Source: Chloropicon primus
Lineage: Eukaryota
Length of the DNA stretch: 64,000 nt
Direction: 5' to 3'
Assembly: GCA_023205875.1 (NCBI GenBank)
Contig: CP060754.1
Coordinates: 1,674,001-1,738,000 of the forward strand
Shown here: positions 21,563 to 36,500 of the stretch, piece by piece
How positions within the stretch are numbered: the stretch's first letter is position 1
Layout: every line of letters starts with the position of its first letter
The notes under the pieces: generated by a model
Told to the model about the DNA's origin: nothing
Seen by the model: only the letters and a program-made list of their open reading frames with translations
Databases searched by the model: none
Made by a program: the position numbers and the translations under genes

Positions 21563-24500
21563 TTAGTTTGTGGGTGGGTATGCTGTAGGTGGCGCACCGC
21601 CATATGCAGTCACTGGTTCACCGACATCAACCTGTTTGGTGTCCTTGATCATCTTCTTCTGCTTGTTGATCTTCTTGATGTACATCACAAGCGCTACGAG
21701 TGCGCACAGGGCAACAAAACCACCAACTGCTCCACCAATGGCAATCATGGTGTCATCACCACCAGAGGCACCCGAGAGAATCTCGACAACCGTTGAAGGT
21801 GGTGGTGGCGGTGGTGGAGGTGGGTTCTCCTTCTCTGGCGCTGGCTCTTGGAAGTTGAACACTGGTGGAGGTGGGGAAGGTGGTGGTGGAGGTGGGTATG
21901 CTGGCGGAGAGTACTGGACGATGAGGTACTCTCCCATGGCCTGGGACTTGCAAGTGACCTCCGAGTCAGTCTCTTCCACAATCTCCGTGCAAGGCTCCGA
22001 ATAGCCTCTTGGGCACGTCGTCCAGCCCTTCTTCACCTCAGATGTGTAACCAACCAAGTCACCAGAAATTGGGTCAACAAACATGCAGGTCCTCTTCTTC
22101 GTAGGATCCTTGGTCGTGGTTGGGAAAGTGATGTTAACATCAGCACCATTCGTAACCACGCCAATCCTGTTCTGAGAGATATCAGCCACACCGCTAATCA
22201 CTTCAACATTTGCAGCACCTGGCTCCAAGCTGATGCTCGAAATACCACCAAGGGATTTCACCAACAAGGTTGGATCTTTCTGGTAGTTCACCTTGTTCGT
22301 AATTGGGTTTGGACACTTGCTGCTCGAGGCGCACTTGTCACCAAAGTCGTCAGAAAACTGCACCTTGAAAGCTGGATCATCACTGGTGGTTTCCGTCTCC
22401 TGCAAAAGATTACGACGGGCTGTTCCTCCCAGTGCGGCGGCTCCGCCCAACACTTTTCCTCCAAGGGTGTTGTCATCATCCTTTGAGCCAATAATATCGA
22501 AAGCAGGGGTCGACAAAACCTTTGGCTTATCCAATCCGATAACGAAGTCACTGACAAGAGACTCTGTCACAGTAGCGATAGTCGTTTCGGTCTTCTCCTT
22601 CAGTTTTGCAGCAGCTTGGGCTTCCTGGGCTGTCACTGTGGCCAGTGGTGGAGGCGCAGGTGCAGGCGTTGTTGGCGCAGGTGTTGTTGGGGTGTCAGGT
22701 GAAGGTGTTGTTGGGGTGTCAGGTGAAGGTGTTGTTGGGGTGTCAGGTGAAGGCGTTGTTGGAGCAGGTGTAGGCGTTGTTGGAGCAGGTGTAGGGGTCG
22801 TGCTTCCTCCGCCCAGATCCACTTCAAAGGAAAGCTGAAGGGCCTGCGAAAGAGCATCCATTGTGTTCTGTGCCAAGTCCTCGTCAATATCACCCATCTG
22901 GGTGGAGGCCAGGAGGGTATCAACAGCAGTGGACACTGTATTAGCAGTTGCAGTCTCCTTTGACTTGGTGATTTCCTTCACAAGGTCGGTCACAGCGCCT
23001 CGTTGCTCTTTTGCTTCAGCGACATCCTCGGTGCTCGTGACACTCAAAGCATCCTTTGCAAGAGCAGCAAGATCTTCGTTCTTCTTTGCAGCCTCGGCCT
23101 TCACCTTCTCTGCCTCCTCTGCAGTTACTGTGGTCAGACCTGCTTCATACGTTGCTGCCATCTTACTCGCTGCTTCGAGGGTCGTAGAAATATCTCCACT
23201 CTGCTTAGCAGATTCGAGCTCGTTCTCGAGACTTGTCGTCAAAGCCGTGTCCAACTTGATTTCCTTGGTCTTAACCTCAACTTGGAAGGTTTGGCAGACC
23301 TGACTCTCGTAAGGGTCCACAGCACAGATGTAGAGCTCTTGCGAAGGCGCCTTCAAAGAGCTGAACACTCTCTTTGCGACTGGACTCTTCTCGAGTCTCA
23401 CCTTCTTGCCATTCCTCACCACACCCATGTGATACTCGAGGGTCTCGTCATCCTTGAAACCCTTTCCTTCCAAAGTGAACTTGGTCTGACCCAGGGCAAA
23501 ACCAGATGCAGGAGTAACGCTGATACAACCCGTACCTGTGGAAATGGTACAAGACGGTCTTGCATTAATTGGCACGGCCACTCTAGCAACACTCTTGCTA
23601 ACTACTCCGGCAACAGCTCTTTGGAAAGTAACTGTGAATGTCTGTGTCTGGCCAGAGACAAGCTTGGTCGCAGGAACGACCACCTTTCGGGTCACGTCAG
23701 GAAGGGTCGTCGTAACGCCTCCGCTCTGCATCGCCCAACTGTAGGTAACATCCTTGAAAGAGGTTGTTTGCGTGGCCTCGAGAACCAACCTCTTGCCAGG
23801 GTTGAGCTTCAATGGACAAGAAGGATCTGGGCAGACCACACCGTCGTGCACAAATCCAACTTTTCCTGTTGGTCTATCAACACTTGCCTCAACCACATTG
23901 ACAGTAAGAGATCTTGCTTTTGACCTCGTTCCCTTTGCGACAGTCACCCCGAAAGTGTAGGTTACTCCTCCCTCCAACATTCTTCCTGTTCCTCCTGATA
24001 CAGTTGGCTCAACAGTGTAATGGGTTCCATTCACTGCAGCCTTGTTCTTTCCACTGAAGCACGGCTTCGAGTCACTCCTCTTGCAAGTCCACTTGAAAAC
24101 CTTTGCTCCCTCGGAGTCGCTTGGATCATCAGGGTCAAAGGATCTTCCGGCGTTCAACACGAGTGCTTTGTCGTTCTGGAAGTCTCCGTTAGGGCCGACA
24201 AGGACCGCAACAAGGGGACTCTGCAAGGTTTGCAACTTGACCTTCACGGACGCCTTTGCGCCAGTCTTCGCTGTAGCAGTTAGAGTCATGCCGTAGGTAG
24301 CCCCTCCGACCATACCAGGTGCTCTTGCAGGAACACGCAAATCTTTCCTTGTGGCATTGAAGCCCTTGAATGTTTTTGCAGGATCATCAAAGCTCCATTG
24401 GTATGCGATGGAATCGCATACGGTGTCCTTGTCAACCTGGACCGCGACCTTCACACCCCGTGAAACCCGGAAGCGCTTTGTGGACCCTCCAGTGACCTTA

Positions 24501-27500
24501 ATTACGGGCACTGGGTCACTCAACCTCGAGAGTACGTGATGAGCTGACACGCTACCCATGAAATTAGTTGCCACAGCAGAGATATTGTACTTCTTTCCAG
24601 ATTCAAGGAGGGATCCTGGAATTGTCATGAACTCGTCGTACTGGAAGGGAGTTCCAATGAAGCCGACACACTCCTTCGTGAACAAGCATCCCGCGTCGTT
24701 ATGCGACGCCACAGCAGAGTGGTTCTCCACAAGTTCGACAAGGCTTGCATCCACAGGGGAACCATCCAATGTTTCAATCTTCCAGGTCAAAGCCATACCT
24801 CTCGAGAAGATGTCCGCGGGGAAAGCAATGACCTCTACATCCATGACGTCTCCATTGCAGTCAGCTCCGACTTCAGTGGGGCCAATAACATCCACTAGAG
24901 GTAGGTAGGGGTCAACTGCAGCCAGCACTTTCACTGCTGCAGTGGTATTGAACCCAGTCGAGGAGTACAAGTTGTTGACCATGTTTTGGACGCCCTCAGT
25001 GGCCTCTGGGAGGAACGCGATAGTATCTCCCGGAGTCATGGTGGCGCCCCATCCAAGGTATACCTCGAATACCTGGAGACCAGTCTGATGTTCCACGTAG
25101 CAACCCTCGCCAAAAAGAGTGCCTACTGTATCTTCTGCGTTCGCAAATAGACTTGCACAACTTTCGTACATATACTCTCCAAGCTCATCAGTTTGTGATT
25201 CAGTGTTCATCGTAATGACCACCGTGGTACCCGTGTCGGTGAACTTGGCCTCTTTCATGACTGCACTGTCTGCCATGCACATACCCTTTCCGATGGATTT
25301 GGCAGAAATTCCCACGGTACCAGCCGCCGAACTTGCACACTGGTAGAACATCAAATCTTCGGGGCCCTCCTTACACACCTGGTCCAAAGAAGCATCGCAT
25401 CCTCCTGATGCTGGGAATGACGTGTTTCTGTCGGGCAGGTCGCATATTCTCTGGTTGTAGTACGCAAGGTCCTCCTTAATGTAAGCATTATCGCAATAGT
25501 CCACGCACTTACCCATGCAAGAGCTGCATTCGTCGTATCCATTGTTCTTATAGCACTTGCAGGTCGTGGGACAATAGTCCCATTCATTTTCCCCATCACT
25601 ATCCCCCATTCCACAGCTGTTACCACCAGTGCACTGCTCGTCGAAGAAGCAAACTTCGCCAACGGCTTGTGTTGCATTGTATTCTACACCATGTGTCCAG
25701 TACCAATCGAGATGATCAGGAGCTTTGACCTCATTCTCCTTGGTTGGGGTGTAGTACTGCAAGCACATGTCGGTCGTATCGTCGCTCATGCATTCATGGC
25801 GGCAAAGATCCATCACAGGGCAAAGCACGTTTGGACGGTAAGCCACCTCTCTTGACCACTGAACAGTTTCGTATGCCTCTCGGCACTTCTCATAAGCGAC
25901 GTCCTTGCCTTCGCCCTTGCTCAACCACATGTCCTTGCACATGTCGAATACAAACCGGGGAAGGTCGTACTTGGCCACTGAAGAAAAGTCAGCTTCCTTG
26001 AATTTGTTTCTGCAAACATCGCAGTCTTGGCAGACATTTTGACAGCTGTCAGATATCTTGCAAATTCTCCTTCCACCGGCATTCTCAATGTAGTGGCAGG
26101 CAAACAAGTCGTCGCTTGCATCGTTGCAAATCTGTTCGTAATCCTCAACCGATTTGCAAGTTCCCGACAATCCAGACTGTCCTCCAATTGATCCACCAAG
26201 TTGCAGCAACTGTCTCAGAGGAGAACTTGACTGAAGACTTCGCCTCGAAGGGCCATCCTCCTCCTCGTTATCTCCTTCTCTGGCTCTCTGCCACGTATCA
26301 ATGCTCGACAAAATTGTCAAGTCGCTGACATAGTGCTGAATGGCTTGTGGGCACGAGTCCACAAATGCGTCAGAGATCTCTACAATGTCAAGGAAGGCTG
26401 TCAAGTTACCCGCGCAAGAGAATGGGTCTGCTGCGTTGTTCACCATGTCCACAATAACATTCGAGGAGTTCAGCGCTGCACAGGTAGCTTCCACACCCGC
26501 CCAAGCATCGAACATAGGCTTGCACTCAGGGACAGCACAAGAATCATAGGACGTGGAATTCAGGCCCTTCCAATCAATGGTAGTGCCGCAAGCGCCATCG
26601 GTCTGGCAGATCGCCAAAGATGGGTGCAGAAGTGTGCAGCCATACGACAGCACGCCAGTGGCAGGCTCAATCCAAGACTCCTTGCACGTGCAATTCTTCG
26701 ATGCACCTTCCAAGAGACCTTGGTATGGTTGATATTCTTCAGGAAGGCCACCATCACGGCCCTCGTCATCACCGCCTCCCAAGAACAACTCCAGGTCAGT
26801 CACGAAGCGACAGGACGGGTTCGCGTTACATGGCGCTTCCTCTGAGATGTGAGAGCATTCGTCGATGAATAGCTCGCACGAGGACTCCCAGCCGCAACCC
26901 TTGTCGAAAGTACACTTGTCTGGATTTTTGATTGGACAGCAAACGTCTCCCTTTGGACAAGTCTGCTCCTGACAAGATTTCTCAACCCTGCAAAACGACA
27001 TAATATCCGGATCACTTCCACAAGTCTCGACATCAATATCTTCGCAAGGGTCATTGGGCGAGATGCAGAAACCGTCTTGGTAAGAAGCACCTACCCACTC
27101 GCAATCCAATGATGAAGCGCAGACTGCACCAGAAAGAGGGGCACACGGGTCCTCCTTGATCTTGCACTTTGAATCGAAGAAGCACCCATCCTTAAGTGCG
27201 CAATTCTCCTCAGTGTTCGACTTGCCTTCCAGGCAGCACCTGTCTCTTGGATCGCACGCAGCCTCGGCCTTGTTGCAAGTCTCGCGGACAGAGCAAATGG
27301 AGTCCCCGCCCTCATTGGTGATTCTGTTGCATGCACGGCGGGACTTCCTTCCGGCAAGGCATGGATCTTGCTTCAAGTAGCAAGTTCCAGTATCTTCCTG
27401 GAACGCGCACTCCCTCAGAAGAGAACAGCCAAATGCATCGTAATCGTACTCGCTGCAATCCAGCATCTCACCCTTCAGGTAGCAGTCGAAGCCAGACTTG

Positions 27501-30500
27501 CACCCAGGAATCTTGCCACAGCCCTCATCAGCTCGTGTGAATCCTTCAGGGCAACATTGGCTAGACTCGTCACACCTGAGCGACTCCCAATCACGCAACT
27601 GTTCAACATCGTTCAAGAGGTATGCTTCACAAATCTTCGTGAAGGTCTTTGGACCGAATTCGGCCCTGCCACTCCTTGTCAGGCCTTGGAATGTTTCAAT
27701 GACATACTCGCAAGCATGGGCCTCGTCCCCGGAGTCACGGCATGCCTCTTCAACATCCTGACTAAGAATCTCAGGATTAGCAACGATATCCGCTTCGAGT
27801 TCTTGGCACCTGCTTTCGCCGTTAAGCCTGTCAAGCATGTAGTGTCTGCATTCTGACACGGTCACTTCTGCTCCCATGGTGTAACCTTCCTGGGCCATGT
27901 CTCCATATCTTGTTCTGAAGCCCGCAATGAGTTCGCAAGCCTCATCGTCTTCTTGGCACACGTCAGCCTCTGCTGCGGTGATGACAGAGCTGCAATCGCA
28001 AACACCAAATGGGCATGGACAAGGCTTTTCTCCGACAGTCAACTTGTCCACCAATCTATCCTTGATGGCATCGCAGACCAGGTCCTGTTTGGGGCTTAAG
28101 TCGAACTCGTCCCCACCTGCATCAAATCTTTGTGCAACTTCATCCTTTGCATCCTCCTTTGGTCCATAATGAACATTGCACCTCTCGTAGTACGAGCAGT
28201 AGGAAAGAGACTGGCACCCGTACTTATCTTCAGTAAGGTCGTGACAATCTTGCTTCAGCCCGCAGTAAGAATTCTCTGCCCTATCTTCGCTCTCGATGTC
28301 ACTCAACGAATCTTTGCAAATTTCGTAGTAGTTCAAAGCTGTGGTCTGGTTATATCCTTGGATGGCAGCAGAGATCAGAGTCCTCAGGACACCCTGATAG
28401 CATTCGTCACACCTGTCACAAATCTCGAACGATTCCGTTGCCTTGCTGAAAGCATACGAATCGAAATTATCCAAACACTCAAAAACTTCCCTCGCATTCG
28501 CCCTCATGCCCACGTTCGCCTTATCCTTCTTGGCTTTCTCTACGCATGCTTGAGGCATCGTCTGAAGAGAAGTGATCTTGCGCAGGCACTGCTCAACATC
28601 AATTTCTTCGACATCCAGGCCACACCTGTTATCTTCGAAGCAAGACGAACCAACATATTGGAATTCAGAGACGTACCTTTGGCATCCCGCTTCCTCGACC
28701 GTGCCATTGTTGGACTGAGGCTGTCTGAACTCAGACGAGTTGAACGCCTGCCCTGGAATTGCACTCAATTGCATCAGGGCCCTTGCGTTCCTTGCGTTCC
28801 TGCCCAACACCACGAGCTCAGCTTTTCCGCTGGCAAAGTTCACGTATTCGAGAAGTCTCCTACCCACGAATGAAGGAGGCAAATCACTACCCTGTGGAAC
28901 GTCACCACCTGGGAAACCTCCACTGGTTGGGTCGCCACCTGGGAAACCTCCGCTGGTTGGGTCGCCACCTGGGAATTCCCCTCCTGGCAATTTAACGACG
29001 TCGCTCTCAGCAAAGCAAGTAGACACCAATTTAAAGATGTCTCTCTGAGTTGAGCCAAAGAGGTACCCGAAGTCCGATTCTCCGCCGTTTCGGTAACCGG
29101 ACAGAAAATCGGTGCAGAGTCCCCAAACATTGTCGTCGTAAAATGTAAGCGAGCTCAGCAAATCCATACAGGTTGGGTTTGCGGCTTTAGTCTGCATCGT
29201 GGCACAGTCCGTTGCACTTGGGTCCTGAACCCCGCAGGCCGTTCCGAAGTTCTTGAAGAAGTCCATGACCCCCTGTGGGCAGTTTCCAGGTCCACCGTTG
29301 TTGCCTCCAGGGAGTCCTCCGTCGTTGTTGCCTCCAGGGAATCCTCCGTCGTTGTTGCCTCCAGGGAATCCTCCGTCGTTGTTGCCGCTCCCGGGGAATC
29401 CATCACTCTCGTCCTCGTCACCAAAGCACTGGTTCAGCAAAGAAAAGATTTCTTGGTTTTCTGGTGCGTAGATCAAAGTGAAGCAGTTCTCCCAGTCATC
29501 ATCACCAACTGACGACACTGAAGTAAGGAGAGATCCGCAAGTCGGGTTCGTGAGAGCCCTAGACTGTACAGAGCCACAGTCTGCTGTGCTTGGGTCCTGA
29601 ACCCCGCAGTTCGACTTGAAGTTCTTGAAGAAGTCTGTGATTGTCTGTGGGCAGGCGCCAGATCCACCGTTGTTGCCTCCAGGGAATCCTCCGTCGTTGT
29701 TGCCTCCAGGGAATCCTCCGTTGTTGTTGCCTCCAGGGAATCCTCCGTCGTTGTTGCCTCCAGGGAATCCTCCGTCGTTGTTGCCTCCAGGGAATCCTCC
29801 GTTGTTGTTGCCCCCAGGGAATCCTCCATCATCACCACCACTGAAGCACTTGCTAACAAGGTTGAAGATCTCCTGGTTTCCTGGTGTGAACAAGACGCTT
29901 GCGCAAGCGGTGAAGTCCAAGTCTTCAGATAGTGTCTCCTGAAGGCTGGTTGCACACACCGTATTTCCGATAACGCTAGCCTCTAGAGTGGAACAGTCAG
30001 TCGTGCTTGGGTTCTGAATCCCACAATCGGTCTTGAAGTTCCTGAAGAAGTCTGTGACCCCCTGTGGGCAGACTCCAGATCCACCGTTGTTGCCTCCAGG
30101 GAATCCACCGTTGTTACCATCGCTTGGTGTACCGTCTTGATTAAAGCATGACGTAACAAGCTGGAAGACATTCTGGTTTTCTGGTTGGAACAGAACGCTG
30201 GCACAAGAAGTCCAAGCGTTGTCGTCAAGATTAGCAAGGGTCTGAAGTCTGTTGCCGCAAGCTGGGTTTTCAGGGGAGAAGACAGCAGCTGTGAAAGACG
30301 AGCAGTCTGCTGTACTTGGGTCCTGAACCCCGCAGTCCGACTTGAAGTTCTTGAAGAAGTCTGTGACTCCCTGTGGGCAGACGTCAGATCCACCTGGGAA
30401 TCCACCGTTGTTGCCTCCAGGGAATCCACCGTTGTTGTTGCCTCCAGGGAATCCTCCGTTGTTGTTGCCTCCAGGGAATCCACCGTTGTTGTTGCCTCCA

Positions 30501-33500
30501 GGGAATCCTCCGTTGTTGTTGCCTCCAGGGAATGCGGCATTTGGATCATGCACCAAAAGCTCTGGTACTCCAAAGGCACAGATGGAGTCGGCTGCAGGCT
30601 CAGGGCACTCTAGGAACGGCTCGCCGTCTGGGTAACACTCATCGATGTACTGGAACAAGCGACCAGCAACCTTACTGACTTCGGACAAGTCCCCATAGCA
30701 CTCTTCGCCCTTCAAGTAGACATTTATCATCAAGTCGCCAAAGGCGAGTCGGCATTGTGGTTTGTCTTCAATCTCCCATTCCAAGTCACCGCACTCGGGC
30801 GAGGCCGAAATATTTTGGAAACAGGCAGTTCCCATATCCTTGAAAAGGTTTCTGAAACGGTTGTGCTCTGGAGTACCCTGAACAATGCCGCATGCAGCAA
30901 CAGGAGATGCATCTTCATCCTCTTCTGGCTCTGTGAAGTAGTCCTCTAGCTCGTCTCCTGCGCAAACAAGACCCATCTGCACAAGTGCCAAATCTTGCAA
31001 CTCGGTGCTGGAATCAATGATCACATCTGCCAAGCAGTTACCTCTTGGGAGCTTGTCGTCAAGGTCAGCAATCGCTGTTTTGCACTCCTCGGAGAGTTCC
31101 TCGAAATCAGAATTATAGCGGTCACAGCCCTGGACGGCGGCTTCCTCAAGGTCAGTCTTGGTCCAGGTCTCGTTGCAAGCTGTCTTCACGCCAGACAGAA
31201 GCTGAGTCAAGACCTTCTTCGCACTGCTGCAAGTCTTGGCATCATCCAGCACAATGCTGTTTGAGCGCATACAAGTCTGTTTCTGTTCGGGCGTGGAGGA
31301 TGGCGGGCACATGTGTGCCCTCTTGCATATTCCAGCCACGCTAGTGACGTAATCCAAATCCATCGTTGACGCTTTTCCGATGGTCTTGCACACCTCCATC
31401 AATTCCCCACCCGCGTGTGCGTGAGGATCGTCGTGAGTCATCCATTCGCAATGCTCTGAGGAGTTACAGGAGTCCTTGTCAGTGTGGTGACAGTCAATAT
31501 GCTCGTTTTGGAGACACTCCTGATGGAAGTTGCACTGGTCGCTAGAGTCGCACTCCTCTTTGGTGTCCTTCTGGCAGCAAGGATCATACTGGTCACAGTA
31601 ATTCTCCCAATCAATCTGGCAAGACTCGACCATTTCGCAAGCTTCCTTTCCATCTATCTTGACGCTGCGGCAGGCCTCCTCGTCGTGGTAGCCCATGCTG
31701 CAGTCATAATTGAAGCGGTCGTAAAGGCCGTTGTTGAAATCCTTCTTGAGCCTGCATTCGCTGGACACCTGGCAATTGGACTTCTTTCCACACTCAGCGA
31801 CGAGCTCCCAACCCTTTTTAGAGCTTGGGACATAACACTCATTATAATGGTCCTGCTGATTGCTGTGATCTCTCTCGCACTTTCCTCTCATTCTGCATCT
31901 CCTATCGCCATTTGCGTCAGTGAGCTTCTCACAGTCTACTCCTCCGTCGTAACAGTACCTGAAGCTGCAAGAAAAGCCCTCTTCCATATTGTTCGTAGTC
32001 TCGTTGTAATAGCTGTACCTGTAGGCCAAGCAATTCACGTTTGCATTGCATTCAGCCTCGGTCTTGAAGCCTCCGTGCTCGCACATGCTCGTGTTATGCT
32101 GGTCATACATCTCGTAATCAGAGAACCTTGGAGCACAGTTGTACCTGTAGTTGCACTCTGAGTAGGAATTGCACGTATCATCCTCGTACTCGCAGCATCT
32201 CACCGGTTCCTTAGTACCCTCGTCGTCCTCCGAGTCAGAATGTTCGTCCTCCGAGTCGGATGGGTTGCAACTCGCGAGGGCCTGGTATTCTGAAATAAGG
32301 ATCGACAAATCGTTGAGGGAAGCGGCGACATCCGAACTCGCATCTTCGAGAAGCGACCCCACTTCCTTGCTGCAAGACTCGATCTCTGCCTTGGACAGTT
32401 CCGGTATGCTGCTCAAGAGAAGTGCACACTGGTAGTTCATCTCCGCCTTAATTTCGATGCTTTCGCAAGTCTCCTTTTCGACGTCATCAACCTGGCAAGC
32501 AATCTCGAAGTCTGACGCAAATTGGACCAACTCATTGACAGGGCAGTCCGTGTTGTTTTCGGTGTCGGGGCCCATGTCGGGGTACATGTCGGAGCCCATG
32601 TCGGGGTACATGTCGGAATACGAGCCGTCACCCATACCGCCCCCTGGGTACATGTCATGAGGGTATCCATCACCATGGTGGTTATCGTTGGGGCAGATGC
32701 CATACTCGTGGTCCAGTTCGCACTCAAAGGTGGCGTTCCACGCGTCAACCGTGAATTGGTGGTTTTGGCCAAGAGGCCACTTGGGGCTACTGTTCGTCCA
32801 TTCAGATTTCCTGAGGAAGCAGTTTTCAGCGCTTTCGCAGGTATTGACGTCCTTGCTGCTTCTGCACAGCAAACGAGCAGTTTCCTCCTCGGTGTAGTTC
32901 CTCATGGCGAACTTGTTCATCAAGCAATACTCTCCATCAAGGTTAACATCCTTGCAAGGACCATACATGTCAAGGCCAGACGTTCTGTTCTGGGCATAGA
33001 AGCATTGCCAAAGATGAGACGCAAGCTGTGTGTGGTTCCTGCGGCCGTCAAACGAGGATGCCACCTGCCCACAGTATCCAATCTTCACCTGGCCGTACTC
33101 CTGACCCTGCCCTGCTCTTACATAACCGACAATCGCGTCCCTGCATTTGACGCTCTTCTCCCCTGCCTTAACGAGGGTCTGGCAGCCATCCTGTGTGAAG
33201 TCCTGAAGCCCACAGTCGTCAATGATAGCATCTGTCTTCACCAGGGTGACATTGAGTTCCCGATCGCACTTTTGATCATCCCAAATAGGGTGCACTTCAA
33301 CGGGGCCCACAGTACCGTTATACAGGCAGAATTCGTAAGGATTCGCGTTATCACCGTAGTAGACACAATTGCCTCCCAACTGCATGTTCTTTCTGCTGAA
33401 GCACCTGTCAATCAGCGACCAGACGTTTTGGTGAACTTCGCTGCCATTCACTTGTGTATAGAAGAGTGCTGAACCGCAAGGATCGATACTTGGAAGCTTA

Positions 33501-36500
33501 TGGATGCCCAATAACGATGTCTGGCACTCCGGATTGACTTCGACAAGAGATTTGAACTCCTCACACGTCGCACTCTGCAAGTCTGCATGACTGAAGCAAG
33601 TATCGCCGACGCTATCAGTCCAGTTCAAAATCGCAGTCTTTGCACAACGTTCTGGGATGTACGAGACGTTGTTGTACTCCAAGTATTGCTTGCCAAAAAG
33701 GCAGGGGTACCTGTTCGAGTTCTCGCAATAAGTAACTGGACTACCGCTATCTCCATCCTCGGACGCCCAGACGGTATCCGAGCAATGTTCTACGTGGTCC
33801 TTAATCTCTACATGGAACAGGGACGAGTTGCGAATTCCGGCATGAGCAGGAATCTCGAAATCCAGTTCCTCGTCAAAGAAGTCACCGCAAACCTCGGGAA
33901 TATCCAGACCGCCCTCAAGGATATCCTTCCAAAGCTTAAGGCAAGCTGCCGCGTTTGCCGCGTTACTTCCGTTTGGGTCCACAGACTCAGCGTAAACATC
34001 GCACGAAGTCTCGTTGGTGAGGGAGGTGATGCCGCAAAAGCTGGTGAAGTTCCCAATAAAGTCTCTCATCGCCTCCACAGGGCACTCGCCCTCAGGGCCG
34101 AAACTAGAGCCATCAAGCGGGATGGTGCCAAAGAGGCACAGTCCCTCGAGGTAATCCGGAATGTCATCAGATGGTCCATCGTGGTCCAGAAGTTTCCTAA
34201 GACTCGAGGCAGCATTGCTGCCAGAAGCTTCTCTGAGGAAGATTTGCCCAATCTTTGCGGATGCCCCCCTCGCCCTGGAGTATTCTTGGAGTCTGCGACC
34301 AAAGCCAGCAGGGAAATCACCACCCTGTGGGAGACCGGAGTGGTCGCCGCCATGGAATCCTCCGCTGGTTGGGTCGCCACCTGGGAACCCATCATCATCC
34401 TGGTCATTCTCATTATCAAAGCAGCGTTGCATCAATCCAAAGGTCGCCTGGTTCTCTGGCTGGAACAGAACATTGAGGCAGTTCTGCCAATCACTGTCAC
34501 CGTACGAGTCAAGCGACGTAAGCAAGTTTGCACAGGTTGGATTTGTGAAGAGACTAGCCGTCAGAGTGCCACAGTCCGTTGTACTTGGGTCCTGAACCCC
34601 GCAGGTCGTTCCGAAGTCCTTGAAGAAGTCTGTGATCCCCTGTGGGCAGACTCCAGATCCACCGTTGTTGCCTCCAGGGAGACCTCCGTCGTTGTTGCCT
34701 CCAGGGAATCCTCCACTGGTTGGGTCGCCACCAGGGAATCCTCCGCTGGTTGGGTCGCCACCTGGGAACCCATCATCATCCTGGTCATTCTCATTATCAA
34801 AGCAGCGTTGCATCAATCCAAAGGTCGCCTGGTTCTCTGGCTGGAACAGAACATTGAGGCAGTTCTGCCAATCACTGTCACCGTACGAGTCAAGCGACGT
34901 AAGCAAGTTTGCACAGGTTGGATTTGTGAAGAGACTAGCCGTCAGAGTGCCACAGTCCGTTGTACTTGGGTCCTGAACCCCGCAGGTCGTTCCGAAGTCC
35001 TTGAAGAAGTCTGTGATCCCCTGTGGGCAGACTCCAGGTCCACCGTTGTTGCCTCCAGGGAGTCCTCCGTCGTTGTTGCCTCCAGGGAATCCTCCGTTGT
35101 TGTTGCCTCCAGGGAATCCTCCGTTGTTGTTGCCTCCAGGGAATCCTCCGTCGTTGCTGCCACTGTCCTCATCATCCTCAAAGCACTGAGAAATCAAACC
35201 AATGATCTGCTGGCTCTTAGGCTGGCTCAGCACGCTGCCACAAGCCTGAGTAACGTGGTCAGGAATATCACTGACGCTCTGAAGGAGGCTTTGACACTGT
35301 GGATTGGTGTAAACCATCGACCGGAGACTTTGGCAGTTAGAAACGCCGCCGCAGTCTTCCTCGAAGTCGTCAAAGAAATCCCTGAGGAAGCTCGGGCAAG
35401 AGCCTGAATCGAATTCATCGGAACCACCGTTGCACGGGCTTATCACACCCTGAGGAAAACAAGAGTCCAGAACAGACCCTGTGCGTCTAACCAATTGAGC
35501 CAAGCTTCTCCTTTCCTCGTCCGCATCAGTGAAGCAGTGCTGCCCCAGGAAGGAAGTGGAGCGTTCGGTTATGTTTGCGACCTCAATGAATTGACGTCTG
35601 CATAGCCTGTCACCCTCAACGTTGTCTCTCAATTCCCTGCAAGGGTTGTCGCTGTCCAAGGCATCCTCCAAGTCACAGTCGTTTGCCATGTCCTCGAAAA
35701 GTTCCCAAAAGCCTTCTGGTGCTTCGCAACCATACGATGAGCCGGGATAATCGGGCTCGTCGTCGTTGTCATCAAAGCAACTCGCCATAAGCTGGAAGAT
35801 CTCAGCGTTTCCTGGCTCGGTCAGCACGTTGGCGCAGGCGCCCCAAGCGTTCTCGGGAACATTACGAACGGACTCCAGTCTGCTGGCGCATAGCGTGTTG
35901 GAGAAAGCGACATTAGTTAAAGTCGCACAGGTTGTTCCGCTGGGGTAATTGATGCCACAGTCAGACTTGAAGTTGGCAAAGAACTCGGTGACTGCGTATG
36001 GGCAATCTGTAACGTTGCCGCTCCCGGGGAATCCATCACTCTCGTCCTCGTCACCAAAGCACTGGTTCAGCAAAGAAAAGATTCCTTGGTTTTCTGGTGC
36101 GTAGATCAAAGTGAAGCAGTTCCCCCAGTCATCATCACCAACTGACGACAGTGAAGTAAGGAGAGATCCGCAAGTCGGGTTCGTGAGAGCCCTAGACTGT
36201 ACAGAGCCACAGTCTGCTGTGCTTGGGTCCTGAACCCCGCAGTTCGACTTGAAGTTCTTGAAGAAGTCTGTGATTGTCTGTGGGCAGGCGCCAGATCCAC
36301 CGTTGTTGCCTCCAGGGAATCCTCCGTCGTTGTTGCCTCCAGGGAATCCTCCGTTGTTGTTGCCTCCAGGGAATCCTCCGTTGTTGTTGCCTCCAGGGAA
36401 TCCTCCGTCGTTGTTGCCTCCAGGGAATCCTCCGTCGTTGTTGCCTCCAGGGAATCCTCCGTCGTTGTTGCCTCCAGGGAATCCTCCGTTGTTGTTGCCT

